Origin: Octopus vulgaris
Lineage: Eukaryota
Direction: 5' to 3'
DNA length: 64,000 bases
NCBI GenBank assembly: GCA_951406725.2
Contig: OX597817.1
Coordinates: forward strand, 78,492,001 to 78,556,000
How positions within the stretch are numbered: position 1 is the stretch's first letter; each line of letters begins with the position of its first letter. The notes beneath the pieces are model-generated. The model was not told the DNA's origin and did no database searches. It saw only the letters and a list, made by a program, of their open reading frames with translations. Positions 25,237 to 38,719 of this stretch are shown here, one piece after another. Both the position numbers and the translations under genes were made by a program.

Positions 25237-25436
25237 TTCTTCTTCTTCTTCTTCTTCTTCTTCTTCTTCTTCTTCTTCTTCTTCTTCTTCTTCTTCTTCT
25301 TCTTCTTCTTCTTCTTCTTCTTCTTCTTCTTCTTCTCCTCCTTCTCCTGCTCCTCCTCTTTTCATCATCCTTGTCACTGTCATCATCGTCATCATCATCG
25401 CCATCATAGTCGTCGTTGTCATCATCATCATCATCG

Positions 25437-25470
<34 letters not shown>
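25237..25470 (+). repeat. (CTT)n then (CAT)n microsatellites
   Basis: Direct reading. Confidence 0.95.
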
Positions 25471-25519
25471 TAGGGCCAGACGATGAATCATCAAATCTAC
25501 AAAGAGATCCTGTGGCATT

Positions 25520-25775
25520 CGATTCTCTCAGTGCAGAAGAGATGAGTTTTGGTCAGACAAATCATGGCTGCTTCATTGTAACAATGCACCTGCTCATAAA
25601 ACCCTGAGCATCCAGATGTTCCTGGCTGAGAAGAACATTGCCATACTGGAACAACCTCTCTATTCATCTGATTTTGTTCTGAAGCTCAAGGGCATCATCA
25701 AATGGATCCATTTTGAAAGCATTGAGGCCATCAGGAGGACTGTAATGACAGAGCTGAGGGGCATAGAAGCTTGGC
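25520..25775 (+). pseudogene. mariner transposase C-terminal fragment
   Basis: WSDKSWLLHCNNAPAHKTLSIQMFLAEKNIAILEQPLYSSD...KLKGIIKWIHFESIEAI (HDNAPAH- and YSPDL-like motifs). Confidence 0.85.
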
Positions 25776-26392
25776 TTCACATTAAATATTCCAGCTATAT
25801 CAATATAATATGATTGAATATTTATTGTTCTTTTTTTTTATCGTTTTCGTTAAATATCTTCATTATATTTCTTATTAAAAAGTGGTAATGACACAGAAGA
25901 ACAAAGGAATTATTGTTTTTAAATCAAGAAATCTTTTTTATTAATTAAACTTTTTCATTTTTTGCAGAAATTTACATGATGGTGGTTAATACACTATTAA
26001 CGATTTCTGAAGAGGTCAGTGGTATAAGAATTATACTGACTTTCAGTATTAGACGATGTAGTTCTACATACCCACCCAGAAATGACAAGATGGTCACAAG
26101 TGGAATACAATTGATCATAGACCAGCTCAATCACAGTTTTAACCTGGGGCTAAAAACAACAACAACAACTACAACAACTACGATAACAAAATATAGCTGC
26201 CCCATGAAAATATTATATACATGAATATCTTACTTTGATGTTGATGAAGTGTATTCAAATACTCTAAACATGAATAACAAGATATGAGAATTACTCATAC
26301 AGAGATATTGTTTGAGGTGAATTAATACTTCTCACATGAGTGCATTTGAAATACATTCTCTGGATGACTGTATTCATTATATTAGGATGTAT

Positions 26393-26654
26393 CTAAAGGT
26401 GGCGAGCTGGCAAAAACGTTACAAGGCAGTGAGCTGGCAGAATTGTTAGCATGCCGGGCAAAATGCGTAGCCGTATTTCGTCTGTCGTTACATTCCGAGT
26501 TCAAATTCCGCTGAGGTCAACTTTGCCTTTCATCCTTTCGGAGTTGATAAATTAAGTACCAGTTACGCACTGGGTCGATGTAATCGACTTAATTCGTTTG
26601 TCTGTCCTTGTTTGTCCTCTCTGTGTTTAGCTCCTTGTGGGTGGTAAAGAAATA
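26393..26654 (+). mobile_element. SINE-B(T) with duplicated 5' ~25 nt
   Basis: 15-bp TSD TATATTAGGATGTAT at 26378-26392 and 26655-26669. Confidence 0.85.
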
Positions 26655-26775
26655 TATATTAGGATGTATATATATATTAAGCATAGGTATGGCTGAGTGG
26701 GTTAGAAATTTGCTTCCCAACAGCATAGTTCTGTATTCAGCCTTACTGTGTGTCACTTTGAATGAATGTCTTCTA

Positions 26776-28026
26776 TTGGGTTGAGGAATAATTCATGAAC
26801 GTTTTTTCAAATTTATTTTAAACAAAAAAGGAACAAATTAATCAATAAGGTATTCTATAAGTTTTTCAATGCCTTAGTGATAGAAATCTCCCGGTCTTGA
26901 CTCAAAGAATTCGTCCAACCAAGCCTTCAATTCCATATTATTATTGAATGATACACAGTGCAAAGCTTTTGAAAGCAGGTGAAAGAGATGAAAATCTGAT
27001 GGTGCCAAGTCTGCAGAGTATGGAGGATGAGGCAGCACTTCCCATTTGAGTTTTTGAATCGTGACTTTGGTGATATTGGTGATGTGAGTATAGGCATTGT
27101 CATGTTGCAGAAGAACGCCATTTCGCCTGCTTGGGCTTTTTTGCTGAATTGCTTTCTTGAGTCGGAGCAGTTGTTGAACGTAGAGCTCTGCATTGAGTGT
27201 TTGGTTTCAATCAAGCAGTTCATAATGAAATATGCCTTCCCAGTCCCACCATACACACAACATGGTCTTTTGAGGATGAAGATTTTGTTTTACTCATGGA
27301 GTTGCTTGTTTGTCAGGGCTAAGCCATTCATTTTGTTGCTTCATATTGACATAAAGGCACCAGTTTTCATTGCCAGTGACAAAGTGGTAAAGAAAATATT
27401 GTTTGTGATCATGTGTTGAGCAATGTTGTGTGAGTAAACTGGAGACAATTGTGGAGCATTGATTTTTATTGCTTTCACTCAAAGCGTGTGGTACCCAAGC
27501 ACCAAGTTTCTGAACTTTGCCCATTTAGTGAAGGTAGTTCACCACAGTTTCTTTTATCACAGTCCATCTGCTCCACCAATTTTCTGGTCGTTTGACATGG
27601 ATTTTCATGGAGAAGTTAATTCAATCACTCTTCATTGAACTCAGTTGGTCAACTAGTGGGTGATCCATTCTTAAGATCAAAATTTCCATTTTTGAAGTGC
27701 AGAAACCAATGGCGGGTGGTACTTTGAGGCATTGCTCCTTCTCCTTACACAGCACAAATCTCACAAGCAGCGTCAGCAATCTTAAAACCTCAAGTAAATG
27801 CAAAAAGCAAATGGTGTTAAAAATGCTCAGTTTTGTCCACTCAATATTCCATTTTAATGATCTGAAAATACACAAAAATCAATAAAATTAAAAAATTAAA
27901 ACACCATCTTGTAGAGCAAAAAAAAAATTCTCTTTTAAATAACATAAAACGTTTTGCCAATGCATTTTATTTCTGCATCCCTTTTTAAATCTGAAAAAAA
28001 TGCACATGAATTATTCCCCAACCCAA
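26776..28026 (-). mobile_element. Near full-length (1251 bp) mariner element with disrupted transposase, inserted at TA inside a SINE-A
   Basis: TIRs TTGGGTTG(A/G)GGAATAATTCATG at both ends with TA at 26774-75 and 28027-28. Peptides include KLGAWVPHALSE, VTGNENW and PPYSADLAPSDFHLF. The host SINE GTCTTCTA|C..TAGC is split at the TA. Confidence 0.93.
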
Positions 28027-28091
28027 TACAATAGCTAAGCCAAAGATTTGTGAATGGTTTTGGTAAATGGAAACTGAATGAAACCTGTCAT

Positions 28092-28122
<31 letters not shown>

Positions 28123-28165
28123 GACACATATATATATATTTATACATACATACATACATACATAC

Positions 28166-28196
<31 letters not shown>

Positions 28197-28604
28197 CATA
28201 CATACATACATACATACATACATACATACATACATACATACATACATACATACATGCATACATAGGTTTAGGTATGGCTTGTGGTAAGGTGTTTGCTTTT
28301 CTGGTCACATGGAAATGGGATCAATTCCACTGTGTGGAACCATGGACCAAAACCTTGATGTATATATATATATATGTGTGTGTGTGTGCATGGACAAATG
28401 TGATAGTTGTAAACAAGTCTCACCATAATACAAGCAGTGTCTTTTATTTCCAGTCTTCTGTGAAAACATGACTAGTGAGGGGGAAATATTGCCTCGGTCA
28501 GAAACAGGTTAGGCTTCGCAGCAGGAAAGGCATCCATCTGCGGAAAATCCACATCAACTAAATTCTGTCTGACCCATGCAAGCATGGAAAATTAAACATT
28601 AAAA

Positions 28605-28915
28605 TGATTATGATGGTGATGGTGGTGGTGGTGGTGGTGATGATGATGATGATGATAATGATAATAATGATGCTGATGCTGAAGATGGTGGTGGTGGTGG
28701 TGGTGGTGGTGGATGAGGATGATGATAGTAACTATGCAGATAATGATAATGATGTTGAAGCAGATGATGATGATGATGGTGATGATGATGACAACAACAA
28801 AGATGATAATGATGATGAAGGTGATGATGATGATGAGAATGATGATGATGGTGATGATGATGGTGATGACAGTGATGATGGTAATGATGATGAAGATGAT
28901 AGTGATGATAATGAT
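28605..28915 (+). repeat. (GAT/GGT)n compound microsatellite grown from an RTE-type SINE tail
   Basis: Follows CATGCAAGCATGGAAAA..ACATTAAA; explains the Asp/Met-rich ORFs. Confidence 0.9.
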
Positions 28916-29404
28916 AGCAAAGACAATATAATTTTGGTGTTTGTTAATAAATATGTAAAAAAAAATATATTGATAAAACGCAGTTTATATTCTATTACTA
29001 CTCTTTTACTTGTTTCAGTCATTTGACTGTGGCCATGCTGGAGCACCGCTTTTATAGTCGAGTAAGTCGATCCCAGGACTTATTCTTTGTAAGCCTAGTA
29101 CTAATTCTATCGGTCTCTTTTGCCAAACCGCTAAGTTACGGGAATGTAAACACACCAGCATCGGTAGTCAAGCGATGTTGGATGGACAAACACAGACACA
29201 CAAACACACACACATATATATTTACATATACATATATATGATGGGCTTCTTTCAGTTTCTGTCTACCAAATCCACTCACAAGGCTTTGGTCAGCCTGAGG
29301 ATATAGTAGAAGACACTTGCCCAAAGTGCCACACAGTGGGACTGAACCCAAAATCATGTGGTTGGAAAGCAAGCTACTTACCACACAGCCACTCCTGCGC
29401 CTAT

Positions 29405-29439
29405 AAAAATTATGGAATGCTTCACGAATTTGCGAGTCA
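29405..29439 (-). pseudogene. U6 snRNA 3'-terminal fragment (~35 nt retrocopy)
   Basis: Minus strand TGACTCGCAAATTCGTGAAGCATTCCATAATTTTT versus the conserved U6 3' end TGACACGCAAATTCGTGAAGCGTTCCATATTTT. Confidence 0.85.
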
Positions 29440-31079
29440 ACATTTTTTCTTTACTTGACCTTCAGTTGGTAAATGACACACACAATCAGTAGTTTTGTTC
29501 CTTAAAATTGTGAATTTGAATCATCCTCAGATTGACTTTGCTTTGTTTTGCATGTCACCAGGACAGAAAGATTAAAGAAAATTGGAAAAGATATGAATTA
29601 AAATTTCATAATATCCAGCTTTCGTCTTCAGGTTCCACAAAAATCTACCCACAACAAATGAGGAGGAAAAAACTGGTAAATTTTCCATCAATGTCAGATA
29701 TAAATATAGAACTTAGAAATAGAAATTAGAAGAATGTGAAATTTCAAATCAAAACAACAGCTTTACCTATTGTGACTGGGGAACTTAGAATGACATTGAA
29801 AAGAAAGAACAAATGCATAGACCAAATTCCTAATGGCCCTACCTCATGCATTTTATGCAAATTCTTCTCCATATAAATACAATTGTATTCTTTCAGTTTT
29901 ACTATAAATTTTATAAAAAGATTCATTTATGACATGCAAACATTGGTTTTCTTAATTACCTGGCACCTTATCTATTTGCATCTTTAGATACTTAAATTTT
30001 TCCCCTGATGTCTCTTGTTGAAACTTGGCTGCAGCTTATATAAATTAAAGCATAGGCAAAAATTAGAATAAGCAGGACAAGAGTAAACATATGAGACAGA
30101 GAGTCACTTATGAGGTCACAGGATGTGTGAGGCAAAAACTTTGATTGATGTATAAAATAAAAATAATACGACTAAAAACTAAAGTGGAGATCAAATGAAT
30201 AGTCTGTGTGTTAAGTTGGCATAAAAAAGGATCATCCCCAAGTATAACAATATCTGTTTCAACACACATTTTCACCTGAAGAATCTTGCAAAACAAATAT
30301 ATAAATGTAAATAAAAATATATCCTAAAATTGGTGCTAGCCAGAAATTTGGGGCTGGGCCTAATGGATTACATTGACCAAGTGCTCAATGGGTACTGGTA
30401 CTTTTTTCATCAACCCCACTAAAAGATGAAAAATAAAGTCAACCTAAGAAGAATTTGAACTCAGAACATAAAGCTGGAAGGAATATCATGAAACATTTTT
30501 GTCCCACATGCTAACAATTCTCCCAGCTTGACACCGTAAGGCAAAACATAATAATAATGAAAATATAATTATAGTAATGTCTATGGGTTAATAAAATATA
30601 TGTTCAAACAATATGAGGGGTTAATTAAATTGACAAATCTCTTGTTCTTTACATATATTTACCAATAAATCATTATTGAAAAAATATATACATATATTTA
30701 CTCTGACCAAACTTTGGCGCTGATTTTTACAATGAATGATGTGATGCTAAATCTCACATACAGACAGCAATTAATAATTAGACAGACATTTAAATATATT
30801 CTTCTTGTCTTATTAATTATTCAACTAAATGTTCAAACTATAGAAAATAATTTCCGACATCTATCTGAACACTTACAAAGTTTAATTACATTTTGTGTGG
30901 ACAGTGGGATGGGGTGCAGTCTGGTTGTAAGGTTAAAGTAGAGAGCCACTAACAACAAAGTAATCATTCTTAACTTTTAATTCAGTGGCCATTTTATTAT
31001 AAGAAGTGTGTTTGGGTGGGGGTGCAAAACTCTGCCTGTCTTGACTTGACTGGCTGCTGGTAAATATGCTATAATCCTT

Positions 31080-32020
31080 TGTCATGTTATTATTTTCATT
31101 GTTTCCTTTTAACCCTGAGTCAGCCCTGGTCTGGCACACCAGAATCATAGCTGTCATGCTCACAAATATACTTCTACAGGACCCCCATCCCTCTTCCAAA
31201 TCTGTATCTTCTGAAAACCTATCAATTGCCTACTGTGAGGATCCTGGCTGTCAGAGACTGTCGTCCAAAGAGCCATCCTCACACCAACTGATGGCGCCAC
31301 AGTACTCTCTACTAGTGTCACAGCTAATAAATTTAAGAAAAGATATACACAACACAAGCACTTCTTGTTAAGTAGGGATAGGAAAACTCCACTTCTGTGT
31401 CCCACGTCATCTGAGTTCATAGAAATGACTTTGTCAATATTAAATAGAGTGTCCTTAATCGAAACACTCCCATCTGGAGCTTTTAAATGCCAACTATGCT
31501 TCCCTGAGAAACTGTGCATATTCCATCAGCCTACATTATCCATTGATAGGAAGAATTAACTATCATACTGATGCCACTGGAGATATTATACCCTGCTGAT
31601 GAACTTCACACATCTGGCTACTAATAACTCTAGTTCTAGTAAACCAATACACATGACCAAGGTATATTATCCTTATTGGCTCATATAGACTACAGAGTAC
31701 TCACAATATAACTCAACACTGTCAAGCAGTTAATCTCAAGGATTGATTTCTGTCACTAATGTGTTCAAACTCCACAGAATGATGTCAATCTTGCCTAACC
31801 TACTACGTGCAGTACATATAAGGAACTGATGACAGTGAATGAAGCAAACTGCAGCCTTCAATGTAGCATTACCATCCTTTTCGGCTTCTGTGGGTGAAGA
31901 GGAGATAAATATTCCAAAATGCATGCATCCCCCACCAGTCTGGTTAAGTGATGCTGTGAGCTGATCTGGCGTATTTACACCATTTGTTAATGGCAAGAGA
32001 ATTTCTCCATTACAAAACAC
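31080..32020 (-). mobile_element. Possible highly degraded LINE (RTE-like) fragment
   Basis: Balanced-composition sequence. FGIFISSSPTEAEKD...ARSRLGKIDIILW is weakly like the post-RT YLGS.IS...KD..R segment; no intact motif. Confidence 0.3.
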
Positions 32021-32160
32021 AGTAAATGGCTTTCTTACAAGTTTGAATAAAACACAAGCATATTCGAAATAAGTTTGTATTTATACACATCACTGCTTTG
32101 TGATATCACTATCATCCCATATTTATTTTATTGTGTGCTCTTGATTAGCTCACACATGCA

Positions 32161-32191
<31 letters not shown>

Positions 32192-32764
32192 ATACAGAGA
32201 GATAGAGTGGTAATAATAGATACATACATATATATATAGAAGGATACATATATACATTTATACACACATACATATGTGTGTGTGTGTGTATGTATATATG
32301 TATGTACACACTTACGAATACATATATAAATATTTATATAAATGTGTGTAAGTATGCTTGTATATATGTATGCATATCTACACACACACACAGATAGACA
32401 CACATACATAAATATATATACATATATATATATTTATTATATATACACATATATATATATATATATATATAATGACAATCATTAATTAAAAACGGTATCA
32501 TATAGATTCCTAAGTGTTTTATATTAGAATAATTCTGCCAATAAAATGACTATAAAATGTACTATCAATTAGTTAACAACATGAGCACAGACCACAATGT
32601 AATAATGCATTACTATACCATTAAATATGAAAATTTCTATAAAATTGGTAACTCTGGCCAACAATGAAAAAAGATTTGCTGCCTTGTGTGTTAGAATAAT
32701 GCTTGGGAATATTTGAGTGTTGTTTCAAAATATGCCATCAGTATTGCTCAATATCCTCTAGTTC

Positions 32765-33200
32765 TAAGACAGCAAGATGGCAGAAACATTAGCATGCCGG
32801 GCGAAATCCTTAGCAGTATTTCGTCTGTCTTTACATTTTGAGTTCAAATTCTGCTGAGGTCGACTTTGCCTTTTATCCTTTTGGGGTCGATAAATTAAGT
32901 ACCAGTTAGGCACTGGAGTCGATGTAATCGACTTAATCCCTTTGTCTGTCCTTGTTTGACCCCTCTGTGTGCAGCCCTTTGTGGGCAGTAAAGAAATAAG
33001 AAACGTTAGCATACCCGGCGAAATGCTTAGCAGTATTTTGTCTGTCTTTACGTTCTGAGTTCAAATTCTGCTGAGGTCGACTTTGCCTTTCATCTTTTTG
33101 GGGTCGATAAATTAAGTACCAATTGCGTACTGGGGTTGATCTAATTGACTGGCTCCCTTCCCCCAAAATGTCCGGCTTTGTGCCTAGAGTAGACAAGAAT
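32765..33200 (+). mobile_element. SINE-B(T) inserted into the head of a SINE-B
   Basis: The tail ends AAAGAAATA at 32998, then the head resumes at AGAAACGTTAGC, duplicating AGAAACATTAGC at ~32782. Confidence 0.8.
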
Positions 33201-33851
33201 ACCCGCTAGTTCTGAAAATACAACATATTCTTTACTTGCTAATTCATCAACTAATGAAAGGTGACAACCTGGGAGATGTAGCATTCCAGACAAAATGCTC
33301 AGCAATATTTTATCTATGTTTATGTTCTGAGTTCAAATTCTGCTGAGGTCAACACTGCTTTCATCATTTTGGGGTTCATACAATAAGTATCATTTGAACA
33401 CTGGGGCCAATGAAATCAACTTACCTCCTCCCGCAAATCGCTAGCTTTGTGTCAAAAGTTTGAAACCAATTAAATCAACACATGCAAGACAGCAAGCTAG
33501 CAGAATCATTACCATGCAAGGCACAATGTTGAGTAGCCTTTTGTCCATTATTATATTCTGAGTTCAAATTCCACCAAGGTCAGCTTTGCCTTTCATTTTT
33601 TCAGGGTTGGCTGATAAAATAAGCACTATCACTCAAATTGCTGATCTTGCATCAAAAATTTGAAACTAATTGGTGCAAGCATGGCTGTGTGGGAGGAAGT
33701 TTGCCTCCAAGCAACATGGTTCCGCACTCAGTCTGACTGCATGGCACCTTGGGCAGTATCTATTGCTATAGCCTCAGGCTGACCAAAGACTTGTGTGTGG
33801 ATTTGGTAGACTGAAACTGAAAGAAGCTTGTCATATATAAATATATATATA

Positions 33852-35155
33852 TCATCATCATCATCATCATCATCGTTTAATGTCCACCTTCCATGCAGGC
33901 ATGAGTGGGGTGCTTTTGAAACAGTTTTGGCAAGATTTTTACTGCTGGATGACCTTCCTAACACCAACCACTCAGCAGAGTGGACTCAGTGCTTTTTACT
34001 TGGCACAAGCACAGGTGAGATCTGTTTTGGCAAGTTTTTACAGCTGAATACCCTTCCAAATATCACCTACTTTACAGTGTGGATTGGTTGCTTTTAAGTA
34101 GGACTTGTACTTACATGGTCACCAAGCACTTGCAAGACAAAAACAACTCTTTTGAAGGGGGAGGGAGCATTGGAGGAGGTGATCTTGCGTCAGATGATGA
34201 AAGGTTATAGTGAGGTAGAGAGTCAGAAACAGGTGTCTTGCTGTAGAGGAGGCACAAGGTTACCCAGCCAGAGAGAGAGAGAGATTAGGAATGAAGACAG
34301 AAAAGGTGAGCTGCTGCAAAGCAAATACATGGTTACCCAACCTGAGGGAAGTCCGGGAAAAGTAGAGAGAGAGGGAGACTGCAGGATAGAGATGGTGATA
34401 AAGTGTTGGGCATATGCAATGATACAGTGTGACAAGGCATGGGTGAAAAACGCAGGTTGGAAGCTAGTGGATAGCAATGATACAGTGGCATGGGGCCAAG
34501 AGGACAGGATTGTGGGAGTGAGAGGTAAGCCTAGTGTATGAAGTGGAAATATGAGAAAGAGAAGAGATATAGTTTGGTTTGTTATGGTAGAGTGTATGAG
34601 AAATTTTCTTGTTAAGTGTGGGTGGGACACATGGCGATTCTATAACTTAGTTTTGTTGATGTGGGCAGATCTTCTCAAGAACTTCATTTTACATCTTGGT
34701 CCATTGTCATTTCCACCATGAGGCCCAGCACCCTGAGATTGGTCTTTACACTTCTTCCAATGTCTTCCTGGGTCTCCCTCTTCTGTGGGTACCAACTACT
34801 TTCAGTGATTGGCACTTCTTTATGCAGCTGTCCTCATTCATACACATCATATGTCCAAACCAACTTAGTCTTTTCTCTTGCATGTTACATTTGACACCTC
34901 TTATGCCCAACTTTTCTCTCAACACATTTTCAGTTTGTCATACATGCACCCTGATGCTACACATCCAGTGAAGCATTCTATCTTCATTTCTCTCTAGTCT
35001 ACATGTCTTCTGCATTCAGAGACCATGTCTCACTACCATGGAGTATAGCTGTTCGCACACGAGCATCATATAGTCTACCTTTCACTCCCAGAGCTCTCTG
35101 AACTTCCTCCATCCAATTCTTATTCTAGAAACAATAGTTTCAGAACATCCTCCAT
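33852..35155 (-). mobile_element. 5'-truncated RTE-clade LINE (ORF C-terminus, 3' UTR and (GAT)n tail)
   Basis: RIRIGWRKFREL..VKGRLYDARVRTAILHGSETW...RLSWFGHM...RGRPRKT (34700-35155); tail GCATGGAAGGTGGACATTAAAC(GAT)n. Confidence 0.85.
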
Positions 35156-35181
35156 TTGTAGGTATGTATATATATATATGA

Positions 35182-35991
35182 ATGTATTACTCATAAAATA
35201 CATTTAAACACATAAGGAATCCACTCGTGAGATTCATCATGCTAGAAAGAATAGCTAGGTTCCATAACCACAAAATAGGGATAAAATCCCAAAAGGAATG
35301 AAGTTAAAAAATAAAAACTTTTACCATCTAGTTTCCTGGACCAATTGGTTTCTGATTTTATTTTAGCAAATAAAATAATATTCGCCAGGTGAAATCATCA
35401 TCAACAGGTACACCTTAGATTAAATATATATAAAACTCGAGGCAATCAATTTTATGCCTCTTGTTTATACATCCTAATCTTTTCAAAATCTACTGCGCAG
35501 ATGCAGCTCCTCGTCAGCAATATAAAAAATGCCAACTTTTAAAATTCGAAAATTATCCAAAAACTTACAATACTTAATCATATTGAAGGGAAATGGAAAT
35601 TAATAGCAATTTTCACTTCCAGTGGCCTAGCGTGTAACAATTTAGTCCAAAGACTATGTATTACTCATAAAGTACAGTGTACATTTAAACACAAGGAATC
35701 CGCTCATGGGATTCAACACGCTAGAAAGAACAGCTAAGTTCCATAATTACAAAATTAGGGATAAAATCCCGAAAGGAATGAAATGAAAAAATAAAAACTT
35801 TTACCATCTAATTTTGTGGTTATAGAACCTAGCTGTTCTTTCTAGCATGTTGAATCCCACGAGTGGATTCCTTATGTGTTTAAATGTACACTGTATTTTA
35901 TGAGTAATACATAGTCTTTGGACTAAATTATTACAGGCTAGGCCACTGGAAGTGAAAATTTCTATTAATTTCCATTTCCCTTCGATATGAT
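35182..35991 (-). mobile_element. Non-coding retrozyme/PLE-type repeat: 474-bp monomer in partial tandem plus an inverted segment
   Basis: 35182-35330 recurs at 35656-35810. 35811-35991 is the reverse complement of ~35578-35755. HHR at 35335-35408. Confidence 0.8.
35335..35408 (-). ncRNA. Type I hammerhead ribozyme motif
   Basis: CCTG-TTGATGA-TGATTT...AAATCA-GAAA-CC-AATT-GG-TC-CAGG: stems I, II and palindromic III all pair; GUC site; C3U core variant. Confidence 0.78.
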
Positions 35992-37030
35992 AGGGGTGTT
36001 AGTTTCCTTACCAAAACAAGTATATATTTTTAATACATTTTTTTTAATAATCCACAATTATTTATTATGTTTTATCGAATTTTTTTTGAACATGGGTACT
36101 TTTGTGTAATTTTTTCTGCATATAAATTACTACTTAGATTTTTATATATATTTGTTATGTATATTTATCTATTGGATAAATATTTTGACTATTAAAAGCT
36201 TCTACTTATTATTAATCTCTATAATAACAAACTATAAATATATTTACCCAGACATTAACATGATACGGGGTTAATTACCATTTATTATATATCTCTACAC
36301 CTTCCAACTATTATATTGAGTATATTAATATATATTTATTTCATTTTTGGATTTAGTTTGCAAGATTCTTTATGTGAGTTTGTATGTTGAAGCATGATGA
36401 CTATTGAAAAGGCTGCAAGCCGCAACGAAAATTTTAGAAAAATAAAAAAGAAATGAGTGGAAATTTTACCGGTGAGTGGGTTAAATTATAAGGCACCAGA
36501 AGAGAATGACTCTCCCCAGACACAACAGAATATATATTTACTTACCCACTAAATATACACCCTATGTCCCCCTTAATAGGTTTATAACAAATTTATCCAT
36601 ACAACAATACTAAGTTTGCTGTAATGTTCCATGTAATTAACAACTAATGATATACTGGTATATCTTTTTTTCTGCCTCTGAAAAGATTTTATTTTATAAA
36701 ATGATTTATTATGATTATAATCTTTAAAGGATGAATCAAAACGGCTGTTAGAGATCATGTTTATTTTTACAGTTAATATATATATTTATTAACTGATGTA
36801 TCTCCATTTTCTTATATATATATATATAAATTTAAATAATAAAGGTAAAAAATTGAATATTAATTTGATAAATATCAATTTAAACCAGTGGCCTAGCATA
36901 TTGAAGAAATCTGAAGATTCAGAAAAATTATATTACATACATATAAGATTTCTTATATGTCAAAAGCCGCAGAAAATCTATCTCAATGAATTACCTCTGA
37001 CCCATGCAAGAATGGAATAGTGGAGATTAA

Positions 37031-37250
37031 CCCTTTTGTTACTGAATGTATTATAAGATGCTTTGTGTTTCTTTTAATTACTTCGAATATAACAAAGAAT
37101 TTAGTAAAATAAACTTAGTTATCATTCAGCTAGTGTCAGGAACTTAAATTCTGACTAAGGTTGGTGGAAGATTTTAATTTAAAACTTATGAGAACAAGAC
37201 ATTTGTACTCAGAGCCAGAACCAGTTTCAGCCAGGTTGGTAACAAAAAGG
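37031..37250. mobile_element. piggyBac-type MITE
   Basis: TTAA|CCCTTTTGTTAC ... GTAACAAAAAGG|TTAA: TTAA duplication and imperfect TIRs, no ORF. Confidence 0.8.
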
Positions 37251-38253
37251 TTAAAGCAATGACGATGATGATGGTGGTGGTGGTGGTGGTGGTGATGGTG
37301 GTGATGATGAGGAGGGTGACGATGATGAATTACACTAACAACAGTATACTCACTAATGGTTTTATGTGTAAGATCTCCATTTACTAATTAGCATCAAAAT
37401 AATTATAGGATATGCTAAAAAAAAAAAAAACACATTCGGCTGCCATTTCTGTGAAGAAGATAAACCATGTAGAGTCTCCATTAGAGACTACTAAACAAGC
37501 ATGATAATAAATAAAATCTATTATTTGTTAATTTCTAAATTACAGTTCAATGTTTGAAATTTGATTTCCCATATGATCAGATCATTGATACTGTTCATGT
37601 GCAACAAATCACTGATAAAATTCTTATAGTTAGTTTCAGTTAATTGTTGATTAAAATACATTAACAGCTAATAACATTAATATATCTGTAATTAACAATT
37701 ATTATCGCTAACAAGTCTTTACACTGTAACGGATTATATTGTTTTCCTTTTATTTGTTTCAGTCTTTGGACTGTGGCCATACTGGGGAAATACCTTGAAG
37801 GGTTTTAGTTGAAATAATTGATCCCTGTATTATTTCTTGTTATTAAAGCATGGTACACATTCTATCAATCTTTTGTGCCAAACTGCTAAGTTACAGGGAT
37901 GATAAAAACAAGCCAGTACTGACTGTCAGACAGTAGTTGGAAACAATCATACACATAGAAATACATATATACATATGTACATATACACACTCACATACAC
38001 CTACCTACCCCTGCTAGCTATGAAACATGTAGCTTGGATTTTATCTACTTCATTCCCTAATTTCTGGATGTTTATTTGCATATACAGCAACCCTGGTTGC
38101 TCTGAACTATAAAATGTTTTTTCAATTTATCATATCTCAATACAGGAACAATTCATAACTTTCTGCACCAATTAACCACTATTGTTCTTTTATACCTTCT
38201 ATGGACTGCTTGAAACACACTAACTTCCTACACCTTGAACATTGGCTATTACC

Positions 38254-38321
<68 letters not shown>

Positions 38322-38351
38322 GACACAGACACACACGCACATACAGACACA

Positions 38352-38397
<46 letters not shown>

Positions 38398-38593
38398 ACT
38401 CTTTTACTCTTTTATTTGTTTCAGTCATTTAACTGCGGCCATGCTGGAGCACTGCCTTTAGTTGAACAAATCGACCCCAGGACATTTTCTTTGTAAGCCT
38501 AGTACTTATTCTCTTATTCTATCGGTCTCTTTTGCTGAACCACTAGGTTACGGGTGCATAAAAACTCTACCATCAGTTGTCAAGTGATGGTGA

Positions 38594-38719
<126 letters not shown>

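Noticed and set aside
25968-26014. Candidate plus-strand exon TTTTTTGCAG|...GAG|GTCAGT (IYMMVVNTLLTISEE)
   Set aside because: Good splice-like sites, but only 47 nt, no recognisable homology and no partner exons; needs RNA-seq.
35470-35520. Second CTGACGA...GAAA on the minus strand of the 474-bp unit
   Set aside because: No stem I or stem III pairing.
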